Shown in pieces: positions 26,674 to 36,120 of a stretch of DNA of 54,780 nucleotides (positions are counted from its first letter, which is position 1; each line of letters begins with the position of its first letter). The stretch comes from Candidatus Brocadiia bacterium (GTDB lineage: Bacteria > Planctomycetota > DG-23 > SLPQ01), in assembly GCA_007131925.1 (NCBI GenBank), contig SLPQ01000050.1, positions 1 through 54,780 of the forward strand. Reading direction: 5' to 3'. Made by a program: the position numbers and the translations under genes. The notes beneath the pieces were generated by a model that worked only from the letters and a program-made list of their open reading frames with translations, had not been told where the DNA came from and searched no databases.

Positions 26674-27825
26674 ATGAGCAACCGCGAGCTCGCATTGGCC
26701 GTCCTGCAGTACCGGGACTACACCCGTATGCCCCTCGTTCATTTTGCATGGTGGCGCCAGACGCTCGAAAAGTGGGCAGCCGAGGGCCACGTCACTGATG
26801 AAGAGGCCCGCGAATGGCATGATGGAAATGTCTTTGATCGGGCAATCAGTGCACGGCTGGGCTTCGATTTCAACTGGTCGTCGACTTTCGGCCCTGCCAC
26901 CGGCTTGTATCCAGCCTTCAAGGAAGAGATCGTGCGCGAGTTTCCAGATGGCTCCTGTCACCTGCGCAATGCCTCCGGCATGATCGTCCTTAAGAGACAG
27001 GATGCCGTCGGCATCCCCTCAGAGGTGGACCACACACTCAAGGACCGCCGGTCCTGGGAGGAGCATTTCAAATGGAGATGGCAGTTCAAACCTGAGCGCG
27101 TCACGCAGGCACTGGTGCGCGCCGGTGATGAGTATCTGCCCTGGGAAGAGGGGGGGCTTGACTTTCTCAGATCGGGTCGACGTGACTACCTGTACGGCTT
27201 GAGTTGTGGCAGCCTTTACGGGCAGATTCGAAACGCCACCGGCCTTGAGGGCCTGGCTTACATGCAGGTGGATGACCCGGAACTTTTCGAGGAGATTATC
27301 GATACTGTCGGTGAGATGACATGCGAGACGGTCAGGTTCGTGATCGACTCGGGGGCGAAGTTCGACTGCTCCTACATGTGGGAAGACATATGTTTTCGCA
27401 GCGGGCCGATCGTGAATCCGCGCTACTTTCGTGATAAGGTCGGCCCTTATTACAGGCGCATAACGTCCACCCTGAAGGATGGCGGCGTTGAAATCGTCTC
27501 TCTCGACTGCGACGGCAAGATAGACGCTCTCATTCCCACCTGGATAGAAAACGGTGTCAATACGATGTTTCCGATCGAGGTGGGCGTGTGGGGAGCCAGC
27601 ATTGGCCCCTGGCGGGCCGAGTACGGCAGGGAGCTGCGGGGTGTAGGCGGCATGAACAAGCACGCCTTCGCGCGCGACCGGGACGCGGTGGACGCCGAAA
27701 TCGAGCGGCTCAAGCCGCTTGTAGCACTCGGTGGGTATATACCCTGCCCCGACCACCGCATCGCACCCGACGCGAAGTGGGATCTTGTGCGTTACTACTG
27801 CGACCGGATGCGGGAAGAGTTTTAA
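26674..27825 (+). CDS. Uroporphyrinogen-decarboxylase (URO-D) superfamily protein of unknown substrate
   Basis: 383 aa from MSNRELALAVL. The C-terminal half (DICFRSGPIVNP..., VSLDCDGKIDALIPTWIENGVNTMFPIE, GGYIPCPDHRIAP) follows the URO-D/MtaA-like TIM-barrel pattern. The 111-aa track extension is low-GC and looks non-coding. Confidence 0.7.
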   Translation: MSNRELALAVLQYRDYTRMPLVHFAWWRQTLEKWAAEGHVTDEEAREWHDGNVFDRAISARLGFDFNWSSTFGPATGLYPAFKEEIVREFPDGSCHLRNASGMIVLKRQDAVGIPSEVDHTLKDRRSWEEHFKWRWQFKPERVTQALVRAGDEYLPWEEGGLDFLRSGRRDYLYGLSCGSLYGQIRNATGLEGLAYMQVDDPELFEEIIDTVGEMTCETVRFVIDSGAKFDCSYMWEDICFRSGPIVNPRYFRDKVGPYYRRITSTLKDGGVEIVSLDCDGKIDALIPTWIENGVNTMFPIEVGVWGASIGPWRAEYGRELRGVGGMNKHAFARDRDAVDAEIERLKPLVALGGYIPCPDHRIAPDAKWDLVRYYCDRMREEF

Positions 27826-27935
27826 AGTGCGCCGTGGGACAAGGGCGCTTTGCGGCCCGGCTTTGTCCGCACAGCAGGTCCATCCGGCACCCGCACGGGA
27901 GAGATGAAAAAAACCATAACTTGCAGGCGCACCGC

Positions 27936-29888
27936 TTACCGGGCTTCTGCCCGTGAAGGCTCCACCGGCACAGCAATTCTTATCTTGAACTCGTTGCCCC
28001 CCATGTGCAGCGAGGGGCGCGTGCGGTATGATACGATGTCGAGGTCCCGAGTGAGCCAGTGGTCGCTGCCGGGTGGATTGTAGAAGCTACGCGCGAAGCG
28101 GTAGATGTCGTCGGCAAATATGAAAGCCACCAACTGGCCGTCGCCCTCAAGGTCTATGGAGTTAAAGCCCACCTCTGCCGCACCCGGCGGAAAGCTTACG
28201 TACAGCCACGTGCCCTCGGTCTGGCTGACCGGCACACCTCGCGGGATGCCGTTTAGGGTCACTGTAAGCAGCCCTGATCTCTGTGCGGTGAGCATGACGG
28301 CCACCACCACCTCGTCAATCCGGCTGGGAATCTCGTCCACGTGGATTATTTTTGTGATGCGGCCATCACCGGAGAGCACAGCGGTGTAGGGCGTGGGAAG
28401 GTCGCTATCGTCGTGATACATGACAAAATCGTCCTCCACGCTGGTAAACCCCAGGGGGTTGGCCGCCTGATGGGCAAATCGCACGAGGCCTCTGTAGTTG
28501 ACAGCGCCGGCCACCACCAGCGTCACGGCGAGCATGTAGAGAGTTCGCCTGAGTGCAAGCGATTTGAAGGCCAGTATCATCTCGGAAAGCGCAAAACCGG
28601 CTGCCGGCATTACAAGCGGCATGATCGCGAGTCGGTACCTGCCGACCACCACTATCAGTATAATTGCCGCAGAGTACACGGCCGCCTGGCCCGCAAGCAA
28701 CCAGACTCCCCTGTGCTTGAGCGAAAAAGCAAAGCCCGTAATCGCCAGCGGAAGGACAAATCCGAACCCCACAAACGCGGGCGTGGCCAAGAACGTCCTC
28801 TGCCGGTGCAGTGTCACGGAGACGTTGTTGGCAATTTCCTCTGCCCCGAAGTAAAGGCCAAACTTACGCTTCAAGAGGCGCAGGAAGTGCCGCGGATGGT
28901 TTCTGATGTGTTCGATAGCCGCCCGGGTATAGACGGCGTCCTTTTCTCTTAGAGGCATGTCTTGCGTCTTATCGTGCAGCCTCTGGGCCGCCGGACCTCG
29001 TGGCTCACCATAACCGCCAGTAGCGAGGGGATTGTTGCCCATGTAGAGCATCTTGCCGCTGTTGCCGCGAATGAGGATGAGCTCTCCGCTGCCGCGGTAG
29101 TTGCGCCAGGTGAAGGGCAGGATTACCACAAGCGCTGCCGCCAGCATCACTGCCGCCGGCGCCAGTACACGCCTGATGCCACCCGCGCGAATCCACAGCC
29201 ACAGCAGCGACAGCGGCAGCAGTACCAAAAACGTCGGCTTGGACAGCGCGGCCAGCCCGAACAGCACACCCGCGCCGAGTGCCCGCCTCCAGCTCATACG
29301 GCCCTCGACCCCCAGAAGTACCAGCATCAGCGCCGCCACGATAAGCCCCTGCAGAAACTCGCCCAAGAGGTGTGCCTGGTACACGATAAAGGGTGCATAC
29401 ACTGCAGCGATGAGCCCTGCATATATCGCGGCCCGCCTGTGGTAGACCTTGAGGGCAATCAGGTATATGAGAAGTACCGTCGCACCATCGAAAAAAGCCT
29501 GAATGAGCGTGCTCCACAGCACGCTCGACCCGGTCGCCAGGTGCGCAAGCGGCAGAAAGGCATACGGATATAGAGGCGAAGCGTCAGCGCTCTGCTCGAA
29601 CCAGCCGTGCATCAAGACCCACCGCGCAATGTAATCGTAAGCCTCCATGTCGGTGCCATCATCCCGGGCCTGCCGCGCGATGCCCTGGTTGTCCACGATG
29701 ATGTCCTCAGAGCGGGAGAGGTTGTGCCAGGGGCTTCTGTAGACCTGGATTGTGAAAAGAATCCTGATGGCAATCGCCATGAGCACGATAAAGACCGGCA
29801 CAAGAAACGACCAACGGCCGTTCTCGGCCGGGTAACGCCTGGTGTCTTCGGTGGTCTCGACGCTGCTGGTGAGATGGTCCTCATTCAC
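27936..29888 (-). CDS. GT-C fold glycosyltransferase (ArnT/PMT, GT39/GT83-like) with periplasmic C-terminal domain
   Basis: First-loop acidic motif ARDDGTDMEAYDY, then SPLYPYFL..., VLLIYLIALKVY..., AALSKPTF blocks typical of PMT_2-type enzymes. More than 10 TM segments. GTG 29888 overlaps the upstream stop as GTGA. Confidence 0.75.
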   Translation of the reverse strand: MNEDHLTSSVETTEDTRRYPAENGRWSFLVPVFIVLMAIAIRILFTIQVYRSPWHNLSRSEDIIVDNQGIARQARDDGTDMEAYDYIARWVLMHGWFEQSADASPLYPYAFLPLAHLATGSSVLWSTLIQAFFDGATVLLIYLIALKVYHRRAAIYAGLIAAVYAPFIVYQAHLLGEFLQGLIVAALMLVLLGVEGRMSWRRALGAGVLFGLAALSKPTFLVLLPLSLLWLWIRAGGIRRVLAPAAVMLAAALVVILPFTWRNYRGSGELILIRGNSGKMLYMGNNPLATGGYGEPRGPAAQRLHDKTQDMPLREKDAVYTRAAIEHIRNHPRHFLRLLKRKFGLYFGAEEIANNVSVTLHRQRTFLATPAFVGFGFVLPLAITGFAFSLKHRGVWLLAGQAAVYSAAIILIVVVGRYRLAIMPLVMPAAGFALSEMILAFKSLALRRTLYMLAVTLVVAGAVNYRGLVRFAHQAANPLGFTSVEDDFVMYHDDSDLPTPYTAVLSGDGRITKIIHVDEIPSRIDEVVVAVMLTAQRSGLLTVTLNGIPRGVPVSQTEGTWLYVSFPPGAAEVGFNSIDLEGDGQLVAFIFADDIYRFARSFYNPPGSDHWLTRDLDIVSYRTRPSLHMGGNEFKIRIAVPVEPSRAEAR

Positions 29889-31990
29889 GGCTGCACCACC
29901 CTGTAGAGCACACACGCCTGCACGCCGGGATAAACCTGCGGTCCTTCGGCGAATACAACGCTAATTATACCGGCAGCCTCCATCTCTTCAAAGAAGTCCG
30001 GCCCGCTCATCTCGCTGTAGCCCGCATGTTCGCGGCCTTCAAAGGTAAATACATACGTCTCCTGCTGGCGCCTGAAGGTCGCCCAGTTTACGAAAATGTG
30101 CGTAAATCCCTGGTCGAGGAGCTCTGCAGCTATCCCCTCGGCCTCCGGAGCGCTCATCGCCACCTCGTCGAGCAGCTTACGGTCAAAAACGGTCGTAGCG
30201 GCAAAGTCAAAATCAAGGTAGAAGGTCTCCGGCTCCGCGTGAAGGTAAACGTATGCACCCTCAGGCAGCTCTGCAGCCGCCCGCCGCCATGCCGTGTAAG
30301 CTGGGTGGTTTTCGGCCAGAAATCCCTCATACTCCCCGAAGAGCGGCACGGACGGATCGGGCCTTGCACCGTAAAAGCCTGCCGTGTAAAAAAGAGACAG
30401 CCCCACCAGAAGCACCGCCGCCGCCATGAAGCCTGACCTGATCCTGCCCGGTCCGAGCGAGAAGAGACCCGCACCTGAGACCGCAGCCATTACCGTGAGC
30501 CCCGGCACCAGAAACCTCACTATCCGATGCGTAAAGGCAAACCAGATAAAAAGATAGAGCAGCGCAAATGCGAGGACAAAGAGAGAGCGCTTTGTTCGGC
30601 CGGGCCCGACTAGGGCAAAAGGCACGAAAGCGAAGGCCGCAAGAGAGACGAGCCCGTGAGGTTCACCGAAAAGGACGCCCAGCACGTGCCTTGCCCACTG
30701 CTGCCAGCCAAGGCCTCCCTTGGGCGTATGCGCCATGGCCCAGCGCGCCTGCTGAAATGCGCTCCAGTCGCGCCCCCCAAAGATCCCCCAGAGTAGCGGA
30801 TAGACGGGGTTTCCAGTAAGTATAATGTTTTTGATAAGCCACGGTGAGGCGACAGCCAACGCCGAGATAGAGAAGATTGCCAGGGCCTTGAGGCGACAGC
30901 GCGCCCCCCCCGGAGCCAGCAGCGCCGCGGCCGCAAGCGGCAGCACTACGAAAGGGGCCGACGGATACTTGACGCCAAAGGCCAGGCCCGCAGAGAGCCC
31001 TGAGACCACTATCCACCCCTGAGAGCCGCGCGCGAGAAACCTGCCCGCCGCAAGAAGGGCCACAAGCGTGTAAAGGGCCTGCAGCGCCTCGACATAGACC
31101 CCCGTAGCCACCTGGAAAAATCCGCCCATAGTCACAAGCGCTACTGCTGCAAAAATTCCCGCACCACGCGACCAGAGCCACCGAGCAAGGCTGTAGGCGG
31201 TGGCAATCGCCAGGAATGCTGCGAAGGCGTTCAGCACCTTGCCGAGCATGGCGCCCTCCAGGCGCGAGCCGATCAGCTCCATCGAAAACAGGTACAGCAT
31301 CGAGGCGTTGGCGGGGAAATTGCTGTAAACGTTGTACTCGATGTAGCCTATTGAGCCGCGGTGAAAGTATATAGCGGGAGCTCCAAGGTGGTACTCGAGA
31401 GCGTCAAAGTTCATCGGTGGGTTAAACGCGTACATCAGGATGAGAAGCGATCCCGCCAGAAGCACCGCTACCAAGACCCTCTCGACCGCCGTGAGTGAAC
31501 CCTCAGACCCCGGAGCGTCTCCCCCGGAAGGCATCTCTTGCGGCTGTCCGGCAAACAGCTCAACGCCGAGCGCGTAGAGGCGCCTCGCGCCCAGCGCCGA
31601 AAAGGCGACCAGGATCAGAACGCACGAAAAAAAGCCCAGCAGCCCCGCCGCACCCAAAACGAGGGTAACAAGCGAAAGCGCGCCGAGGCCCAGCGCCGCC
31701 GAGATGGCCGCTTGCTCCAGTGGCCGAGCGCCGGCGAGGGCAAGTCTTGACATGACAAAAAGGCCCGCCGAGGCAGCCGAGGCCAGCACCACGAGCGCAA
31801 GAACCAGGAGAAAGACCCTCTCCAGGTAAAGGGCCAGTATTGTGAAGTTGAAGTTGGCCTCTGGCGCTATCTGCCAGTAAGGCGGTGACTGCACAAAACG
31901 GTAGCCGAAAAAGAGGATGATCAAGGCTGCTGAGACGAGTCCCGCTACCGCCAGGCCGGCCTTGTCGGCACCGCCCTCACCTTTGCGCAT
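29885..31990 (-). CDS. GT-C-like polytopic membrane glycosyltransferase candidate
   Basis: 701 aa with more than 12 hydrophobic segments. Loop FNPPMNFDALEYHLGAPAIYF (acidic D/E motif), GLAFGVKYPS, and a soluble C-terminal domain. ATG 31990 overlaps the hemA 3' end by 14 nt. Confidence 0.65.
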   Translation of the reverse strand: MRKGEGGADKAGLAVAGLVSAALIILFFGYRFVQSPPYWQIAPEANFNFTILALYLERVFLLVLALVVLASAASAGLFVMSRLALAGARPLEQAAISAALGLGALSLVTLVLGAAGLLGFFSCVLILVAFSALGARRLYALGVELFAGQPQEMPSGGDAPGSEGSLTAVERVLVAVLLAGSLLILMYAFNPPMNFDALEYHLGAPAIYFHRGSIGYIEYNVYSNFPANASMLYLFSMELIGSRLEGAMLGKVLNAFAAFLAIATAYSLARWLWSRGAGIFAAVALVTMGGFFQVATGVYVEALQALYTLVALLAAGRFLARGSQGWIVVSGLSAGLAFGVKYPSAPFVVLPLAAAALLAPGGARCRLKALAIFSISALAVASPWLIKNIILTGNPVYPLLWGIFGGRDWSAFQQARWAMAHTPKGGLGWQQWARHVLGVLFGEPHGLVSLAAFAFVPFALVGPGRTKRSLFVLAFALLYLFIWFAFTHRIVRFLVPGLTVMAAVSGAGLFSLGPGRIRSGFMAAAVLLVGLSLFYTAGFYGARPDPSVPLFGEYEGFLAENHPAYTAWRRAAAELPEGAYVYLHAEPETFYLDFDFAATTVFDRKLLDEVAMSAPEAEGIAAELLDQGFTHIFVNWATFRRQQETYVFTFEGREHAGYSEMSGPDFFEEMEAAGIISVVFAEGPQVYPGVQACVLYRVVQP

Positions 31991-33233
31991 CGTCTTTCAA
32001 CCCGTGAAGTTTCCTTGCCGCATCGGCCAACCTTTCGGCCCCGCCGTTTGCAGCAGCCTGCTTGAGCGCCGCGACCGGCGCGTGGAGTATCTTGTTGGCG
32101 ACCCTGTGAGCGAGCTTCTCGATCTCATCGGCGGCGACAGCACCGGATTCTACCCTCCTGAGCGCGGCGCGCACCTCGCTGGAGGCGATTTTTCGCGCCA
32201 TCTCCTTGAGCTCGGCGACGAGCGGTGCGACGCGGCGCTCGGCCATCAGGCTTTCGAAGGAGCCCGCCTCTTCTGAGACGATCCGGTGAGCCATCGCCGA
32301 GGCGCGTTTCCTGGCTTTGGCGTTTTTGTCGGCCGTCTCTTTGAGCGAATCGATGTTGTACAGGCTAACGCCGCTCAACTCCGCGACGGCCGGCTCGACA
32401 TTTCTGGGTACCGCGATGTCGAGTATCAGAAAGGGCGACTTGCGCCGGAGAGACACACTTTCCAGAAGGTCGCGCGTAACAATGTGCGACGCACTCGAGG
32501 CGGATGCCACCACAACATCAGTCTCTTCAAGCAGTGACTCAACAGACGAGAGCCTCGCGGCGCGCCCACCAAAGCGCCCCGCCAGCTCGCGCGCCCTGGG
32601 TATGGAGCGGTTGGCGATGACGACCTCTCGCGGGCCGAGGCGTGCGAGATTTTCGAGGGTGTTTGAGGCCATTGTGCCGGCACCTATGACCAGCACGCCT
32701 CGACCATCGAGCCCACCGAAAATGCGCCGCACGAGAGCTGCGGCCACCGAGCCCACCGAGGTGTGGCCCCTGGAGATGGCCGTCTCGCAATGAACGCGCT
32801 TTGCGGTAAGAAAGGCCTGCTGGAAGGCGGCATTGAGCACCGCGCCGGTCGCACCGGCCGTGAGTGCCGCTTCGTAGGCCGCCTTGCACTGGGCCAGGAC
32901 CTCCGTCTCGCCGAAGATCATCGCGTCAAGCCCGGCCGCCACCGAAAAAAGATGCCGGGCCGCCGCCTCTCCATCGTGGCGGTATATGACGTTATGAGCC
33001 TCATGCACGGGAAAGCCCCCTGCAGCGGCCATGTGGGCGATGACCTGGTCGCCGTCGCCTCGGAAGTAGAACTCAAGCCTGTTGCAGGTGGAGAGCACCA
33101 CCAGCTCGTCGAGGGCACACTTGCGCCTTATGGCTGCCAGGCTGGATCGCAGGTCGCCGGCAACGACTGCCAGCTTTTCACGCAGCTCGAGACTGGCGGT
33201 GTTGTGACTGACTCCTGCAACTGAAAAACTCAT
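31977..33233 (-). CDS. hemA: Glutamyl-tRNA reductase
   Basis: VAGVSHNTASLELREKLAV, LSTCNRLEFY (catalytic Cys) and the GAGTMA NADPH site. ATG 33233 overlaps the upstream stop as ATGA. Confidence 0.95.
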   Translation of the reverse strand: MSFSVAGVSHNTASLELREKLAVVAGDLRSSLAAIRRKCALDELVVLSTCNRLEFYFRGDGDQVIAHMAAAGGFPVHEAHNVIYRHDGEAAARHLFSVAAGLDAMIFGETEVLAQCKAAYEAALTAGATGAVLNAAFQQAFLTAKRVHCETAISRGHTSVGSVAAALVRRIFGGLDGRGVLVIGAGTMASNTLENLARLGPREVVIANRSIPRARELAGRFGGRAARLSSVESLLEETDVVVASASSASHIVTRDLLESVSLRRKSPFLILDIAVPRNVEPAVAELSGVSLYNIDSLKETADKNAKARKRASAMAHRIVSEEAGSFESLMAERRVAPLVAELKEMARKIASSEVRAALRRVESGAVAADEIEKLAHRVANKILHAPVAALKQAAANGGAERLADAARKLHGLKDDAQR

Positions 33234-33883
33234 GCACTGCTCTCCTGGTGCGCCCTGGAGATCGCCACATCCAGCCTCCGCCACGCCTCTTCAAGCGCCG
33301 CCTCGCGCCCCTCGGCCTCGATGAGCGCCAGGAACTCATCAGACGCCAGCCCTTCGAAAAACTTGCGCCGCTGTGCGGCCTGCGGCAGCCGGGCGATCGC
33401 CCTTTCACGAACGGACTTCAGGACCGATGCCAGCTCGCCGTAGACGTCCCCCACTGTCCCGTCTATGCGCTCACGCAGGTGTCTGGCCAGCGCCGGACTG
33501 GCTCCGCCCGTGGACACGGCAACGGCTATATCGCCCCTTCTCGAAACTGCCGGGAAGATGAAATCACACTCCTGCGGCGTATCCACAACATTTACAAGAG
33601 CACCGGCAGCGCGCGCATCCCGAGCGGCCTGGAGGTTTGTCCGGCTCTCATCAGTAGCGGCTATGACGAGACATGCCCCCTCAAGGTGGTGCAGCTCGTA
33701 GCGGCCCTTTACCATCTCGACGCCTGCAAGCTCGTCAAAATCCTCGGCAAAAAAGGGCGCTACCGCCCGTACGACAGCACCGGCCTCGACCAAAGCCGCG
33801 GCCTTGCGCGCGGCTACCACGCCGCCTCCTATGACGACGCAGAGCCTGCCGTCGACCAGCAGACCTACCGGAAGCACCTTCAT
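33230..33883 (-). CDS. Precorrin-2 dehydrogenase / sirohydrochlorin ferrochelatase (siroheme synthase N-terminal-domain type)
   Basis: PVGLLVDGRLCVVIGGGVVAARKAAALVEAGAVVRAVAP Rossmann N-terminus and the later IAVAVSTGGASPALARHLRERI block, both typical of CysG-N/SirC/Met8. ATGA overlap with the upstream gene. Confidence 0.85.
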   Translation of the reverse strand: MKVLPVGLLVDGRLCVVIGGGVVAARKAAALVEAGAVVRAVAPFFAEDFDELAGVEMVKGRYELHHLEGACLVIAATDESRTNLQAARDARAAGALVNVVDTPQECDFIFPAVSRRGDIAVAVSTGGASPALARHLRERIDGTVGDVYGELASVLKSVRERAIARLPQAAQRRKFFEGLASDEFLALIEAEGREAALEEAWRRLDVAISRAHQESSA

Positions 33884-34374
33884 GAGTCCTCCGCATCGAG
33901 GGCCACGAAATCGTACACCGGGGGCGTTTTCTTCAGCTCCTCAATGGTTTCCATGATGATATAATCTTCGACGCCAAGCTCACGCGACGCCGCGGCCGCT
34001 TTTTCCCTGATGGCAGCCATGTCGGCGCCATGCATCATAGTATATAGATTATACGGCCATCGCGCAGAGCTTTTTCTGGCTATGCAGTGACTGACCGAAT
34101 CTTCACGCGCAAGAGATCGGCCCGCATCGCAGAGCCTCTCCCTCGAAACACGCCATGCCACGAGCGCCGCGGCAGGCTTCCCAGCAGCCCCGGCCGAGAG
34201 TATCGCCGATATGCGGCGGAGGACCCCGCGTCGGCGCAGGTCTATCAAGAGTGCTATAACCTCGTCACGGCCGAGACCTACACGCGCGGCAAGGCTCTCA
34301 AATGGGCACTCCACGGCTTCGAGGCCACTCTCGAGCGCGCTGATAAGGCGCTTTTCACTCTTGCTGAGATCCAT
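33880..34374 (-). CDS. Siroheme decarboxylase subunit (AhbA/AhbB or NirD/L/G/H type, AsnC-like fold)
   Basis: KRLISALESGLEAVECPFESLAARVGLGRDEVIALLIDLRRRGVLRRI, then SVSHCIARKSSARWPYNLYTMMHG, matching the family pattern VSHxYxR...YNLFxMxH. The start at MDLSK overlaps the upstream gene by 20 nt. Confidence 0.75.
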   Translation of the reverse strand: MDLSKSEKRLISALESGLEAVECPFESLAARVGLGRDEVIALLIDLRRRGVLRRISAILSAGAAGKPAAALVAWRVSRERLCDAGRSLAREDSVSHCIARKSSARWPYNLYTMMHGADMAAIREKAAAASRELGVEDYIIMETIEELKKTPPVYDFVALDAEDS

Positions 34375-34846
34375 TTTGCTTTCCGTCCTGCGGCCCGGCA
34401 AACTGGGTGCGCACCTTGAAAAACTCCGTAGCGGGCATCTCCTCGATGTACTCAAAGAGGCCGCTTTCCCTCATTGATTCGAGTATTTCGCCGATCCGCC
34501 TTGTCGTACCCACCAGGGTAAACCAGAGCGTCAGCTCGGCCCCCGCGCGGCGATAGTTGTGAGTCACCTCGTCGAAGCTGTTGACTAAAGCGACAGCGTC
34601 CTCGAAGCAATTGTTTCCAGGCCGCGCGGCCACAAGCGTCGAGGCAAAGCCCATTGAACGCGAGTCGAAGAGCGCCGCAAGGCGACGTATAGCGCCGCTG
34701 GCGATGAGCGCACGCACGCGATCGAGAAGGACATCTTCATCCATGCCGAGGCGGCACGCAATGGCGCTAAAGGGGCGCTCTTCGAGCGGTATGCCCTTTT
34801 CAAGGGCCGCCATGATCCTGATGTCATCCTGCGGTGTTAGTGGCAT
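34355..34846 (-). CDS. Siroheme decarboxylase subunit (second AhbA/AhbB-like paralogue)
   Basis: IRIMAALEKGIPLEERPFSAIACRLGMDEDVLLDRVRALIASGAIRRL, then EVTHNYRRAGAELTLWFTL. ATG 34846 lies 2 nt after the lysA stop. Confidence 0.75.
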   Translation of the reverse strand: MPLTPQDDIRIMAALEKGIPLEERPFSAIACRLGMDEDVLLDRVRALIASGAIRRLAALFDSRSMGFASTLVAARPGNNCFEDAVALVNSFDEVTHNYRRAGAELTLWFTLVGTTRRIGEILESMRESGLFEYIEEMPATEFFKVRTQFAGPQDGKQNGSQQE

Positions 34847-34848
34847 GA

Positions 34849-36120
34849 TCAGCCGGAAATCTCTACCTCGGGCCGGATGAGATCTTCGTAGGTCTCGCGC
34901 CGCCGCACTATCCGCCATGAGTCGCCCGCCACCATCACCTCGGGCGCGCGCCTGCGGGCATTGTAGTTCGATGCCATCGACATGCCATACGCTCCGGCGC
35001 CGTATATTGCCAGGACGTCTCCCTCGGCAACATTGGGAAGGGCGCGGTCCTTTGCCATGAAGTCCCCGCTTTCACACACCGGCCCGACGATGTCGGCCAG
35101 AGGTGTCTCGTCCGTCTCATCCTGGGTGAAAGGCAGGTGCGTAGCTGCGGGCCATATACGATGGTAGCCGCCGTACATGGAGGGGCGCAAAAGGTCGTTC
35201 ATCGCGGCGTCGCAGATGACAAAACGCTTTCCAGACTGTCTCTTGATGTAAATGACGCTGGTGAGAAGTACGCCCGCGTTTCCGATGATGAAGCGACCCG
35301 GCTCAATTATCAGTGTGAGGCCCTTGTCTTTCAGTCGCGGCACAATGACACCGGCAAACTCCGAGGCATCCCGCGCCTCCGAGCCCCGGTAAAAGATGCC
35401 GAAGCCGCCGCCGATGTCGAAGTACCGGACGTTGTGGCCCGCACGGCGGACCTTTTCGACAAACAGAAGCAGGCGGTCGATCGCCAGGGCATACGGCTCC
35501 GTCTCGGTTATCTGGCTTCCAAGGTGCATATCGACACCGACGAGGCGGCATGCGGCAAACTCGTCCCACCTTGCCAGCATCCTTTCAGCTTCTTCGATGG
35601 CTATGCCGAACTTGTTCTGCCTGGTCGCGGTGGTAATGTACTCGTGGGTATGTGCGTCGGTGTCGGGGTTGAGCCTGAAGGCGACCGGCGCGGTGCACCC
35701 CAGCCTGGCGGCAATATCATTTATGGCCGCCAGCTCGCTCTCGCTCTCGACATTAAACATCAATATGCCGCTCTCGAGCGCTGCGCTGATCTCATCCCTG
35801 CTCTTGCCAACGCCCGAGTATACGATCCTGGCCGGATCGGCGCCGCCCTTCAACGCACGGTAGAGCTCGCCTCCGGAGACAATGTCAAAACCCATCCCCG
35901 CCTCTGCACAGGTCCTCAGGACGTGCAGGTTGGCGTTAGCCTTCACGCTGTAGCATATAAGACAGTCGAGCTCGGTGAAAGCCTCGCGCAGCCGCTCTAA
36001 ATGCAGGAGGATCGTGCCCTTGCTGTAAACATAAACCGGTGTGGATACCTCCCTTGCAACTGAGACAAGGTCCACCTCCTCTGCAAGGAGCCGGCCATGA
36101 CGGTAGTTGAAATAGTCCAT
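34849..36120 (-). CDS. lysA: Diaminopimelate decarboxylase
   Basis: TPVYVYS, CYSVKANANL (PLP lysine), HLGSQI, DIGGGFGI, EPGRFIIGNAG, GPVCESGD and GAYGMSMASNYN blocks. Start at MDYFNY; the 47-aa track extension was rejected. Confidence 0.9.
   Translation of the reverse strand: MDYFNYRHGRLLAEEVDLVSVAREVSTPVYVYSKGTILLHLERLREAFTELDCLICYSVKANANLHVLRTCAEAGMGFDIVSGGELYRALKGGADPARIVYSGVGKSRDEISAALESGILMFNVESESELAAINDIAARLGCTAPVAFRLNPDTDAHTHEYITTATRQNKFGIAIEEAERMLARWDEFAACRLVGVDMHLGSQITETEPYALAIDRLLLFVEKVRRAGHNVRYFDIGGGFGIFYRGSEARDASEFAGVIVPRLKDKGLTLIIEPGRFIIGNAGVLLTSVIYIKRQSGKRFVICDAAMNDLLRPSMYGGYHRIWPAATHLPFTQDETDETPLADIVGPVCESGDFMAKDRALPNVAEGDVLAIYGAGAYGMSMASNYNARRRAPEVMVAGDSWRIVRRRETYEDLIRPEVEISG

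Noticed and set aside
34849-36120. The PLP decarboxylase heading the haem operon as a tetrapyrrole-pathway enzyme rather than LysA.
   Set aside because: All LysA signature blocks are present (YSVKAN, GGGFGI, EPGR, CESGD), and no PLP-dependent decarboxylation is known in siroheme or haem synthesis. Its position is better explained by operon compaction.
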